Shown here: positions 51,158 to 62,169 of the stretch, piece by piece
How the letters are laid out: each line of letters starts with the position of its first letter
How positions within the stretch are numbered: position 1 is the stretch's first letter
Origin: Azolla caroliniana
Taxonomy: Eukaryota > Plantae > Polypodiophyta
DNA length: 64,000 bases
NCBI GenBank assembly: GCA_043228905.1
Contig: JBHGNT010000014.1
Location: forward strand, 7,874,001 to 7,938,000
Direction of reading: 5' to 3'
Made by a program: the position numbers and the translations under genes
The notes under the pieces: model-generated
Databases searched by the model: none
The model's input: only the letters and a program-made list of their open reading frames with translations
Told to the model about the DNA's origin: nothing

Positions 51158-52691
51158 CGGCAGGTGGACTCGATAGGGTTTAGCAACGGTGGTAGCAACT
51201 AACCCACAATACTCAACTAGAGATGGCCTACATGATGTGGCAAAGGATCATGCATAATGGACCTAGGAATTCGATATATAATTTATGGTACACATTTATG
51301 GTGCACATATCAATTTATGTTGCACGTTTATGTTGCACATTTATGGCACTCATTTACATATGTAATTAAAACACTCTAGTATTTTCAATGGTAGTTTTTT
51401 GCATAGTTAATTTATTAATGATGGCTTTTTACTAAAATGACTATTTATCAATGGTAGCTTTTTGCATAGCTAATTAACTATGTCAAGGACATAGCTAATT
51501 GTTTCCACTCGCATGCTTTCACCCATATTCCAGATTTCTCTGGAACATTCTAGAAGCTTCAGGATTACTCCTGAGAACACTATAAAAGAAGGCACTAGGC
51601 ATTATGTTGAACCAAATTGGTTCCACGCCAGTCTTAAGCCTCATAGCCATCTTGTACTTACTTTGCCTATAATATATCATCTATTATCTTCATCTCTCTC
51701 TCTCTCTTCTCTTCTCATTCCTCCCTCTTGGGAGTCTTACGTAGTCCCGTCCTCTTAGTACTAATAGTACTTCCCTTCTCTAGTACTAATTCTCTCTCTG
51801 TTTTAGTACTATTCCTGACACCCATTCTTCTTCGGAATTGTAAACTGTCGATTTGAGTATGGAGCGTTGGATGGCTCTAGAATCCCCATCGCCACCCGAT
51901 TGAAGGATATCACATGCAATCCTTCTGATATTACGCAATGTAGCATTTCTGCCTTGTAATCCCGCAAATATCGCGGCACATCCTTCCCATTGAATTGTCC
52001 ACTCCGTTGCACGAGCCCCTCTACTGTCGCCGCAATCTCTTACATTGCGCGTTGTTCTTGTAACATCCACTCGAACATTGCCATCATGTTGTTAGTTTCC
52101 GGTTGTTGATTCTCCATCTCCTTGCCACCCGTTTTCACGTCGGGTTCACCACTTGTGTTGGGCCTTTCGGCGCCGAATCATTTGCGTGAGTCGGGTCGGA
52201 ACCGCTGGGGTTTTGGACTAGGAGGAAGAAGAATTTGAGACAAGGTTTGTTACGAATAGATTGTAAGATGATGATATGAAACTCGTGAATCCCACGAGTA
52301 TAGTGTATTAATTGATACTTAGATTGTAAGAGAGAAATAGATGACAAAATCGTGAATCCCATGAATATTTTATATTAATTAACCCTATACAACCATATAC
52401 ATCTTTTCTCACTTCCTTATATAGTGATGGAAGAGACTAAGCATAAGATCATGCTTTTTCCTAAAGTGTTCATGCACATCTATTGTGCATGAGTTGCCTT
52501 TTTCAATCAAGTTTTTTTTTTATTTCCTAAATATAGTGCTCATGCACACTAGATGTGCATGAATAATTGGCTTGCGTTTTTCTTCCAAATAAAGTTTTCA
52601 CGCACTCTAAAAGTGCATGATTTACTTTTTTTGTAAAAATAGGCGTAAATATAACTCTTATACCTGTTAAATCTATATTTAGATCACTTAT

Positions 52692-52763
52692 GATAAGTTA
52701 GTATAATGGTAAAGTTTGGGTTTGTTTACATGGAGGTACAAGGTTTGAATCCTGCCCTATGCA
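52692..52763 (+). ncRNA. tRNA-like Pol III cassette in LTR U3, antisense
   Basis: A box TAGTATAATGG 52699-709; B box GGTTTGAATCC 52742-752; downstream TTTTT. Confidence 0.6.
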
Positions 52764-55490
52764 TGTAATAATATTTTTAATATTTTCTTTTATTTATTTA
52801 TGCGTACTTAAATCAGATATATTTTTTACATATTTCATGTAGTGTGCGAATTACACTATGACAATGTGAATATACGACACCCCACAGTCCTGAGCAAAAC
52901 GAAATTGCCGAGCGGATGAATTAGACAATTCAAGAAAGGATAGTTTCCATGCTTCAACACTCTGGACTATCGGATGGCCTCTGGGCAGAGGGACTATTTA
53001 CAGAAGTACACATAATCAATATGTCACCGAGTAGGACTCTAGGACTATAGATACCTCAGGAACTATGGACCGGGAACAAGTTGAATTACGACAAGCTGAG
53101 GATTTTCGGGTGCGAGGCATACACCCTCATACCGAAACATGATCGCCGCAAACTTGCACCAAGGTCCAAGGAATGCATTTCCCTAGGTTTTCGACTAGAT
53201 GGCGAAATCGGCTACCGACTCTAGGACTTCAATCTCAGACAGATTGTCCGAAGTTCAGAGGTAGTGTTCAATGAGTCAACCATGCATCAATCGGCCGAAA
53301 AGCCGATCGAAGTTCGAAGGGTAATTTTTTCAAATGTGCCAACCCTTCACGAAGGCCTAACACACAACACAAGGTCGGTTTCACGGGTAGCCGAAACCTC
53401 TAGTACTGACTCGGCAACATCCGAGTCAGCACAACCGAATGTTTCAGCTTCAGACCATCATCCAACTGCGAGATCTGATGCGACTAGTCCAGCCATACCT
53501 TGAAGATCCGAGAGACTGTTGCAGCCCCCAAAGAGATAGTCTCCTAGTATCTTCTTTACGGACGTCGGAGAACCGACTTCATATGCAGAAGCATCGGCAT
53601 CTGCCGATTCAGCCACCTGGCATCTGGCCATGGAGTCGGAAATGAACTGCACTCGCAAAACAAAACTTGGGACTTGGTCGAATTACCGAAGAATCCATGC
53701 ACTCTCCCATGCAAGTGGATTTATCGAGTTAAAGAGACGTTTGATTCGACAACCCCAAAATTCAAGACCAGAGTAGTAGCTAAGAGTTTTCGACAAGAAT
53801 ATAGCGTCGATTTCGATGAAATATTTTCACCAGTGGTGAAAATGACAACCCTTTGACTCATGCTCGGCATTGTGGCAGCCAAGGACTTGGAGCTCATTTA
53901 ACTAGATGTCAAAACGGCATTCCTCGATGGTGATCTAGAGGTGGAAATTTATATGGAGTACGCGAAAGGCTTCGTGGCACCTGATCAAGAACATCTAGTC
54001 TACCAACTCAGGAAGAGTCTTTACGACTTGAAACAGGCACGGTGACAATGGTATAAGAAGTTCGATGACTTCATTCAGTCGGTTGGCTTCTCGATGAGCG
54101 ACGAGGACCATTGTCTTTGCATGAAAACTGCTCGAGATGGGTCACCCATCTTCCTCATCATCTATGTGGAGAACATTCTAATCTCCGTTCGGCAAGTCAG
54201 AGAGCTTGCCGAATTGTTCGGCAATTGCGGTTGAAGTTTGCCATGAAGGACCTCGGTCCGATAAGACACATTCTCGGCATGAAGATTAGTCGAAATGGAA
54301 ATTGAAGACAATTGTTTCTATCCCATTCCGACTATATTAGACGTGTCCTCGAACGTTTCAACATGCAATCGGCAAAATCTGCTTCGACCCCGCTCCCCAT
54401 TAGCCTTCGGCTGTCTTACCGATATCCGGTTCAGAGGGGGAAACTAAGAAGTCAGTAACATATGGACCGACAGTCAATTCCCTGATGTACGGGATTGGTT
54501 GCGACATGGCCTGGCATTGCTCACGTCGTAGGGGTCATCAACAGATTCATGTACAACCCTAGCCGATCGCACTGGAACGCAGGAAAGCATGTGTTTATAT
54601 ATCTGGAGGGGCACAAAAGGACTTGGCATTCTATTCGGTCCGAACGACACTATAGGTGTAGTCGGTTACACCAACTTGGACTTTGTCGGCTGTGTGGACA
54701 GTAAAAAATCGACAACCGGATACTGCTTTAAGTTCGGCAATGGAGCAAGCTCGTGGAAATCAAAACTTCAGGGGTGCACTGTCACATTAGAGACCGAAGC
54801 CAAATACGTAGTTGCGTCCAATGCGGTGAAAGAGGCCTTATGGCTCGGTAGGTTGGCTTGCACGTTTCGACAAGTCTAATCCCACTCGACTCTAGTTTTC
54901 TACAGTGACAGTCAGGGCGCTATCGCTTTGTCAAAAAATCCGGTTTATCACAACGCCTCAAAGCACATCGACATTCGATATCGCTTTGTTCGGGACTGCG
55001 TCATTTCAAGGAAAATCGGCCTCAAGAAGATATCTATAGCCGATAATGTCGAAGATGGGATGACCGAGTGTCTTTCGGCGGATCGATTCCGATCCTTTCA
55101 ACACTAGATGGGCTTAACAAAAAATCAGTCCAATTAAGTTCGACACTCAGGATGTTTTTGAAAACAGAAAAAAATCAACTTCGACAATTCGAAGTTCGGC
55201 TTTAGCTTCCCGATCCTCGGCCTACTCGTATTTTTTTGTTTTTTGAAGTTCACCCACTTGAACGAAATTTCAATTTGCTCGAAAACTTTGTATCAATCTG
55301 TATTGTACATTCATTTCGATTTATACATTTTCGATGTATACCATTACGGGGGAGTGTTGGAAGCGGGTCTCTAATGGACGTATTCACACTGTCTCCTTTT
55401 GTACACATAGTGAGAAGTTAGTCAGTATATAAACTAACTTTGTAACATAGTTTTGTTGGTTGATATAATTTAGTCCATCTTGTGCCCAAC

Positions 55491-55532
<42 letters not shown>

Positions 55533-55609
55533 CGTTCTAAGTGGCTCATTGTTCTATGTCTCCATTGCCATCAATCTACCTTTGTTGTATCTACTTATTG
55601 ATCATCAAT

Positions 55610-58600
55610 CAGAAGAGTGTTGATTTGTTCTGCACGAGATGACTGCGTCTCCAACATCACCTTCCTCAATCTTTCGTGGCCTCAATCGGTACGTCCTGTC
55701 GAACCGTCCCTTGTTCTTTATTCTTGCCTCTTCCACCCTCACCGTCACTTGTTCCACATCCTCTGGTTTCCACTCGAACTATCGGATCCACGTCGCCAAC
55801 AGCTCCTCCCGACTTATCTTGTCAGACCAATTGACTGCCATCCATGATGTGATCATTCGTTCCACTGGCATGAACAACTTCTATCTGAACATGAGCTCCG
55901 TTGTCATATATCTAGGCACCGAACTGTGCGTAGTTCGGTTGGCCAATTTCTAACTTGTTCGTCGCATGCCCACACTATCTCTTTGATGATCGGTCTGTGT
56001 CCTCTTTTGACCTTCCTGTTGGCCTCTGGATTGTACGCCGTCATGAGGGAAAGCTTGACCCCTAGTCAGCTGAACAACTCCTCAGCTTCTTGCGTGTCCA
56101 ACTCCCCTCAGTTGGCCACGATCTTCCTGACACACCCATACCGGCAGACTACATCCTCAATTTGGAACCAGCATACTGCCGCGGTCATCTGTTCATTAAG
56201 GCTCGACCCTCCACCTGGTTCATCAAGTCCTCTCTCACGAACTCTAGGTACCTCATCTGTGCTACCCCCATCAACATCGTCATTAGGTCGACCACCCACT
56301 TGAAGTTAACGGCTGGAGGGTAGGTCGGTGCAGCTCATCCTAGTGTTGGATTTTGGAATGCATTTGGCAACTCTCCTTCAACTTCTTGAATGTTGATGGG
56401 AAATGGTGCACGTCCTTGTACATGCCCGACCACCAATACCTCTCCTTCAGCTTCTCGAACTTCGCCCACGTCCCTCAATGTCCAAACGAAGGGCTCTCAT
56501 GAAACTCTAACATCAACACTGATTGGTCCTCTTTCCGTTTCACCACCCAGAGTGGTGTTTCGTTCCTCTTCTTCGGATGCTACCAGATCTTACCATCCCT
56601 TAGGAAGAACCGGTATGCCTTCTTCCGGATTTTACTTGACTCCTTTTTTGTCCCCAACGTGTCCGACGTCATCAACCTCAAGAACCGTCTGATTTGAAGC
56701 CACTCCCTGTCATAGTCGTCCTCGTTTAACGCGTGCATGATCGGAGTGCCTTGCCCATTCGCCGATCGTTGAGCCAGAAATCCTCATCGAAGAAACCCAA
56801 AACATCCGTCGAATCCGACGGGGGTGGGTCGGTGTTCCATCCCAGCATGTCATCTTCGTTGTTATATCGTGCCTCGATAGCATATCGGCTATGGCGTTGT
56901 CCTTACCGGACATGTGCTAAATATCAAGATTCAGGGACTTTATCTATGCAATCCACCTGAGCATCACCAGGTCCAAAGACATGCACCTAGAAACCATATC
57001 GAGAATAAATAGCCAGTCCGTCTTTATTATCATCTTGGTTCCGATTAGATAGTCTTTATCGGCCTTGACCACCGAAACGATACCCCACAGTTCGTGCATA
57101 ACTTGGGCATATCCTCGTTACTCGCTTAGGACCTTTGCTCTGAACCGGATGAGGAATTGCGTTTTGCCTTCGTCCTCTTGGTTGATCACCCATCCAATCC
57201 TAGTCAGACGCATGTCGATTGTCGTGTAAATCGGAGTGTCCTTTTGGTACATCACTTTCCAGAGAGCCGATGCCATCTTCATCATTCCCTTCAGTCTCCG
57301 GACCAACTCTGAGTGCTCTTCTCTTCACTCAAACCTCCGCCCTTTCTTCAGCAAGCGCTATAGAGTGGCCCGAGATGGTTTTCGATCATATGAAACGCAC
57401 AGGGGCCCGACCACCAGGATCTCTGACTGTCCAAATGCCGATTTCTGTCCAGAGAAGGTGAGCCGCAAACCTCAAGCCTCCACAACATCTTCTCGCAATC
57501 AATGATGTGGTTGGAAATGAACCTCGGACAACCGTCTTTCCCGACCGTCTCATCATTTACGTCCTCTAGACACCTCTTTATGGGGATGTCGTCCAAAAAT
57601 GACATGGTGATGTCCGGGATGTAGTCCCTCCGCACCTCGTTCATTGCATTTACCGTGTGTGCCACCGGACCTACATGAGGTAGGGTACACATCCGAACCA
57701 AGCCGAGAGGGGTCCACATCGTTGTGATGTCCCTACTTTCCACGGCTAGTTGGAACTTGTCGTACTTGGAATACAAGTCTCTGATTGAGTAGATAGACCT
57801 TTCGACGAAGGCTTCCACAAACTCATCGATCGTCGGTCCGACTCCTGCATTTCGAATAGTCACCTTTTTGACCAATTGCAGGTCCTAAATGAAGCGCGTG
57901 AAGATCACCATCAGTTCTACTATTGTCGGGTTGATGCACTTGATCTCCTTCGGCGAGAATGCAAAGGCCTTCCTGTGCCTTTCGAGCATCCTCCGAAACC
58001 AGTCCTTTCTTTGCCTTTCGGTAGTAGAAAGCCACCCCCATCGATCTTCAACTTCTGTAGTTTCTCGTTGATGAACCGGTGCCTTATGCTAGCCGGAGCT
58101 CACAAGCTTGGGTCGGTCATGCCCCCTTCATCCATTCCCAACTATCCTCCTGTAAGGGTGCCACGACTGGCCTCACTTTTTTGTCCACAACCTTGTACTT
58201 AGTGTCCACCTGAGAGGTCTGATCTGTACCGACCATTTGTGTGAACTCCGCAATGACCTCGTACATTTGACCAAATTGTCCAGAATCGTCAGATCTTCAC
58301 TTACAGACTGAATTGACCAGAATCGTCCGATCTTCACTTAGGTCTCCCAAGAGCACCTTCTCAATTTCCCCAAGAGTGTCGTCGAATGAGACTGCCTCTA
58401 CGAAGCCACTGATCTCGTCATTGGGGCCCAAGGCTTCACATAACTTTAAGCACCCTTCAACCTGTCTTTTCTCTCGGCCACCGATGTCGGTTATGGTACA
58501 ACCTCCGTTTCCAAAGAGCCAAACCTTCCTTCTTAGTGTACAAGTGTGGGGTTTCCAATGTCTCTCCGGACTATTACGACCCCACACCTTGATAGGCCGG

Positions 58601-59830
58601 TCTAAAAACCTTCTCTGCCTTCACCGTTGAGAGAGTCCTGATTTCGCTGGTGGTTCATGCGCGGAAATGGTGCTCGGCCACAACCGAGCCTTGAACACTC
58701 GATGGAAGAAAACAAAATTGAGATTAATACACTTATACAGACAATAGAGAGGACACGAGATGTTCACGCAGAAAACCCTAATTGGGAAAAACCACGGGAG
58801 CCCACAAACCCCAACTATCACTATAAGAAGAGGATACAATGTGAGACTCAAAGGCAATGACCTTGAGTCCTATGTCATCGCCAACCGACAGTAACAACAG
58901 AGAAGCTTTCTGTATCTCGCACTCTCTCTGTGTGTCTATACAATAGTAATAATCACAACAACTACTCCAAAGTGATTGCCTTAAGTCATATTTATACTGA
59001 TATGGTCATTTTCAAATATGGTCATAACAAGCACACTAGAAACATATTTATAGATATGTCCCTGGATCGGGCTCACACCGGATCCATCCGAATACCTTCC
59101 AGATCTGCCTCATTCAGAGGGACCGAATTCCCAACAGCTCGGCTGAACCGTCAAAAATTGGATGGAATGTCGTCTGTCTTGGCTCTTCACCCGCGCGTAG
59201 GCCGAACCATTGTCCAACACTTTGGTCTCAATACAGGCCTCCGTAATGTAGGGTTCGCAGAGTATGATTAGGTGAGAGGACGAATCTTGCACGAAGAAAC
59301 ATTGATCAATTTCCACGTCCCCAACCTTCACCCTCACATTCGGGCACGCCTTGTGAGGTTCCTCTGGAGCATGGGTCATTGTGCGTATCTTCCACCCATG
59401 CTTTGTGTTGATCGCCCATTTACCCTTATTGTAGAAATCCATAGACATTAGATTAATCTACGATCCATGGTCAATCAACACCACGACCGGCTCTGTAACG
59501 TCACCGATCCGAATAGGCGTTTTTGTCGTTGCCCACGACCAACTCTTCTACCGCCAGTTCATCGATATGTGTTGGTTTTAACTCGATCGGCTTCTATCTT
59601 TTAGGCTCCGTCGAGAGCTAATTTATCTTCACTAGGTCGACAATGTTGTCGTGGAGCTCCTTAGCTATCCCCAATACCTCTCGTAGCGTGAGTTCCACCT
59701 TATTGTCGAGGATCCGCTCCTCTAAGACCTTTCGTAGGTCTGTCGTCTTTTCGATTTTGAGCTCAACCGGAAGTTCAAAAACTTCCCCTTTTCCTTCTCT
59801 TGTTGGCCAGCCGAACCGACATCCTCCTTT
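55610..59830 (-). mobile_element. Degenerate internal region of a gypsy related to family A (PR-RT-RH-IN pieces)
   Basis: VVLIDHGS protease-like motif near 59470. RT TPLGLVRMCTLP..SFLDDIPIK. GKDNAIADMLSR. No LTRs recognised. Confidence 0.8.
58658..59136 (-). mobile_element. Solo LTR related to the young copia's LTR
   Basis: Minus strand starts TGTTGGGAATTCGGTCCCTC (cf. TGTTGGGATTACGGTCCCTC) and shares CCCGTGGTTTTTCCCA.TTAGGGTTTT and CTCGGT.GTGGCCGAGC. Degenerate TSD GTTCA/GCTCG. The host frame rejoins. Confidence 0.8.
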
Positions 59831-59869
59831 AACTATAAAGGTAGGTAATTGAATATCGTAAATGAGTTT

Positions 59870-61800
59870 TGTTGGCCGGTTTAGACGACCAAATGTGAAA
59901 GAGGCAGAAAATGGTTACGGGCCAAATTAAAGCGGATGGGGTCGAGTGTAGTAGTAAAGAAGTGGAAAATTGTAAAATATTTAATGATAGTAATGGTTCA
60001 CGCTCCATGCGTAACCGTCCATGATTCCTATAAAAACGGGTCATGGGTAGCTTCTAATGGAGTCTAACTATATTGTATGAATTGTGTTTTCATAATAGAA
60101 ATTTATTGCCTTGATACTCTGAGTCCTATATTGTGTCGGGATTCATCTGTGTTGAGTCTTAAGTTCTGTGTAAACGTTTACGTAACTAGTCGGTTGTAGC
60201 CAACTCGTGTCATCTCCATAGTTGCACAGTCAGGCTTTGTTCGATTCATAGGCGAAGCCCTTATCATTCGAAGTTTTCGAACGACTCAAATCAGTGTTGC
60301 CCCTTCTCCCCGAACACAAGACCTTTAGTCAAATAGACCGAAATTTGACACCATGTTACCTTGAGCCGGTAACACTTTTGGCACGCCTAGTCAATCTGTT
60401 AGTACACAGAAGAACATCGGGGAATGGATGTTGTCTAACTGACGAGGCAACAAAGAGACATCGCGACGAGGCAAACCTTAGACTCAAACTGAACCCCGGT
60501 GTGCGGTAGAGCTCACTTTGGAACATTCGCGAATAGACGTTCTGAGCAAAGCCCCATGGGACAAGAGCTCCTCTCAAAAGCCCACCAAGACACCGAAACT
60601 ACTAGTGGCACTAGTTTGGAGGTAAACTACAATGGTAACCACACATCGCTCACTACAGACCGTGCTCATGATAGTATCGGTCTTTCCGACTCCAACATCA
60701 TGACATTCCCGTATCCTCGTTACAATGGTGACGCTGATGTAGAGGCACATGTGAGGTCATTCCTCAACACGTGTGAAACCAACGTGTCACAATGACTAGC
60801 AGAGGACAACGCCAATGCATCGAAAATCGTAGAGTTTGGGCTATCCCTAGATGTCCAAGCGACGAGGTGCCTTTCGAACAATTATGGACGGTGTTCCTTT
60901 GATTGTTCCATCGCCGCATTCCACAACATGAAATAATTAGTCAATTTTACTCTATTCGGCAGTATGACCATGAGCCCATCTCCGAATTTGTGATTCATTT
61001 CTAGAATCTCCAAAGCTAGCTAATGCGTCTACCCATGATAGATAAGGCTAGGGAAATTTTTCTGGCGGCTTTGCGCGAGCGAATGCAAACGACCCTTGCC
61101 ATGCTCGACTTCACAGGTCAGACAACCAACAATGTGATCAACCGCGTACTCCTCTTCAACACTAAACAAACAAATGGAAGCATGTTGATGACCGTCTTAA
61201 AACAAGCCCTACCACATGACGACAAACTGAGGTTTCCTTAGGCCATTCAATGCACCATCTACCTCAACCCAGGACACTCGGCTGTCGAATGTAACATGCG
61301 GGCACATTGCCCATTATGCCACTCCCGGGCACATACTATGGAACAGTGCGAATATAATCTCCGAAATCGGCCCACGACACCGGTTGGGCGAATCAAACCA
61401 CAACAAACAAGAAGATAGTCGGATGATCGATTTCGTCAAGATGATCGATATAGGAATGTGGAGCGTCCCTGCTATAATGAGCGGCCTCGATAGGATGATG
61501 ACTAGTATTGGGATGTCGAGGATCTTCGAGAAGACAACTATCGTCGAGGAGATCGTTACGACAATAGGTACGAACCCCATTACAACGATCAGCGTCCTAC
61601 AAACAACCAGAGTGGACAAGCCAAACCGCAGAACTATGGGGGCGACCGGCAACCTCGGAACCCTCGCCTACAAGATGACAACCTGGATGATGACCATCAG
61701 AGGCCACCGAATAACAACTACCGTGATTACCGCCGAAAACCCCATAATACACACCACTATCAATATCAACCGATGTCGTGAAGATTTTCGGTGATAGTGT
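59870..61800 (+). mobile_element. Degenerate LTR-retrotransposon 5' region with gag remnant (~60690-61800)
   Basis: FPYPRYNGDADVEAHVRSFL retrotransposon-gag-like start; paired CCHC-like knuckles near 61250-61350; R/D-rich tail. Boundaries uncertain. Confidence 0.6.
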
Positions 61801-62169
61801 GAAACTTGTAAGGAACATACGAAATCGAGTGTGGTTCTTCTCATGAAATATAAAACAATAATAGTGAAGATACTAATTTTAAGTAAGAATAATATCTTAG
61901 TACAAAAAGATGGAGGTCTTGAAGAGCTTTCAGATGCACTTTACTATATAAGAAACGAACATCTAAGTGTCAACTTATGTGGGTAGGAAGTTTGCAAAGA
62001 CAAAGAGAAAAATAAAATTGTGAGATATCCCACATAGCCAGGAAATAAGGATCTCACCATATATAAGGTAGAACAAAAGCTATTATCTCTGTGTCCATGT
62101 GTGGAGCATAGAGAGTTCAAGATGACTTGAACTAAGCTATTGATGAATGGGTGTGGCCTGGCTACTTGC

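Larger units (their letters stand above)
39625..51524 (-). mobile_element. Sola2-like cut-and-paste DNA transposon, 11.9 kb, with cargo genes; nest layer 4
   Basis: 25-bp TIRs GGGT(A/G)AAAGCATGCGAGTGGAAACA (24/25 match) at 39625-39649 and 51500-51524. 4-bp TSD ATAT, confirmed by alignment with the uninterrupted 5' LTR. GRG termini, 4-bp TSD and transposase motifs fit Sola2. Confidence 0.88.
34298..51820 (+). mobile_element. Chromovirus (Tcn1/Tf1-sushi-like Ty3/gypsy), decayed; nest layer 3
   Basis: 5' LTR 34298-34725. 3' LTR 39493-39624 plus 51525-51820. Perfect TSD CCCAT (34293-97 / 51821-25). PPT AAGGGGGAGATAG. Gag with CLYCGGPGHIAINC, PR LLDSGA, RT YLDD, RH, IN, and chromodomain EYEVAAVLNSK..YLVDWLGYSPSERTWEP. 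Confidence 0.95.
30840..52863 (-). mobile_element. Ty3/gypsy element, tRNA-Trp-primed family (family A), decayed; nest layer 2
   Basis: LTRs 52156-52863 (5') and 30840-31554 (3'). TSD ACGT (30836-39)/ATGT (52864-67). PBS 52134-52151; PPT ~31555-31566. Gag remnant QFNGKDVPRYL, RT RTPIGLVRMCTLPQG, RH and IN fragments at 31611-34297. Most of gag and PR are deleted at ~51885. Confidence 0.93.
29796..55606 (+). mobile_element. Old 5'-truncated Ty1/copia; outermost layer of the nest (own sequence 29796-30839 and 52868-~55606)
   Basis: CKKPGHIK, WLLDSGAS, DVCGP, DNGGEF before the break. Continues at 52868 with EYTTPHSPEQN..AERMN, then RT and RNase H remnants. PPT GGGGGAG then 3' LTR starting TGTTGG at 55355 (end uncertain). 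Confidence 0.85.
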
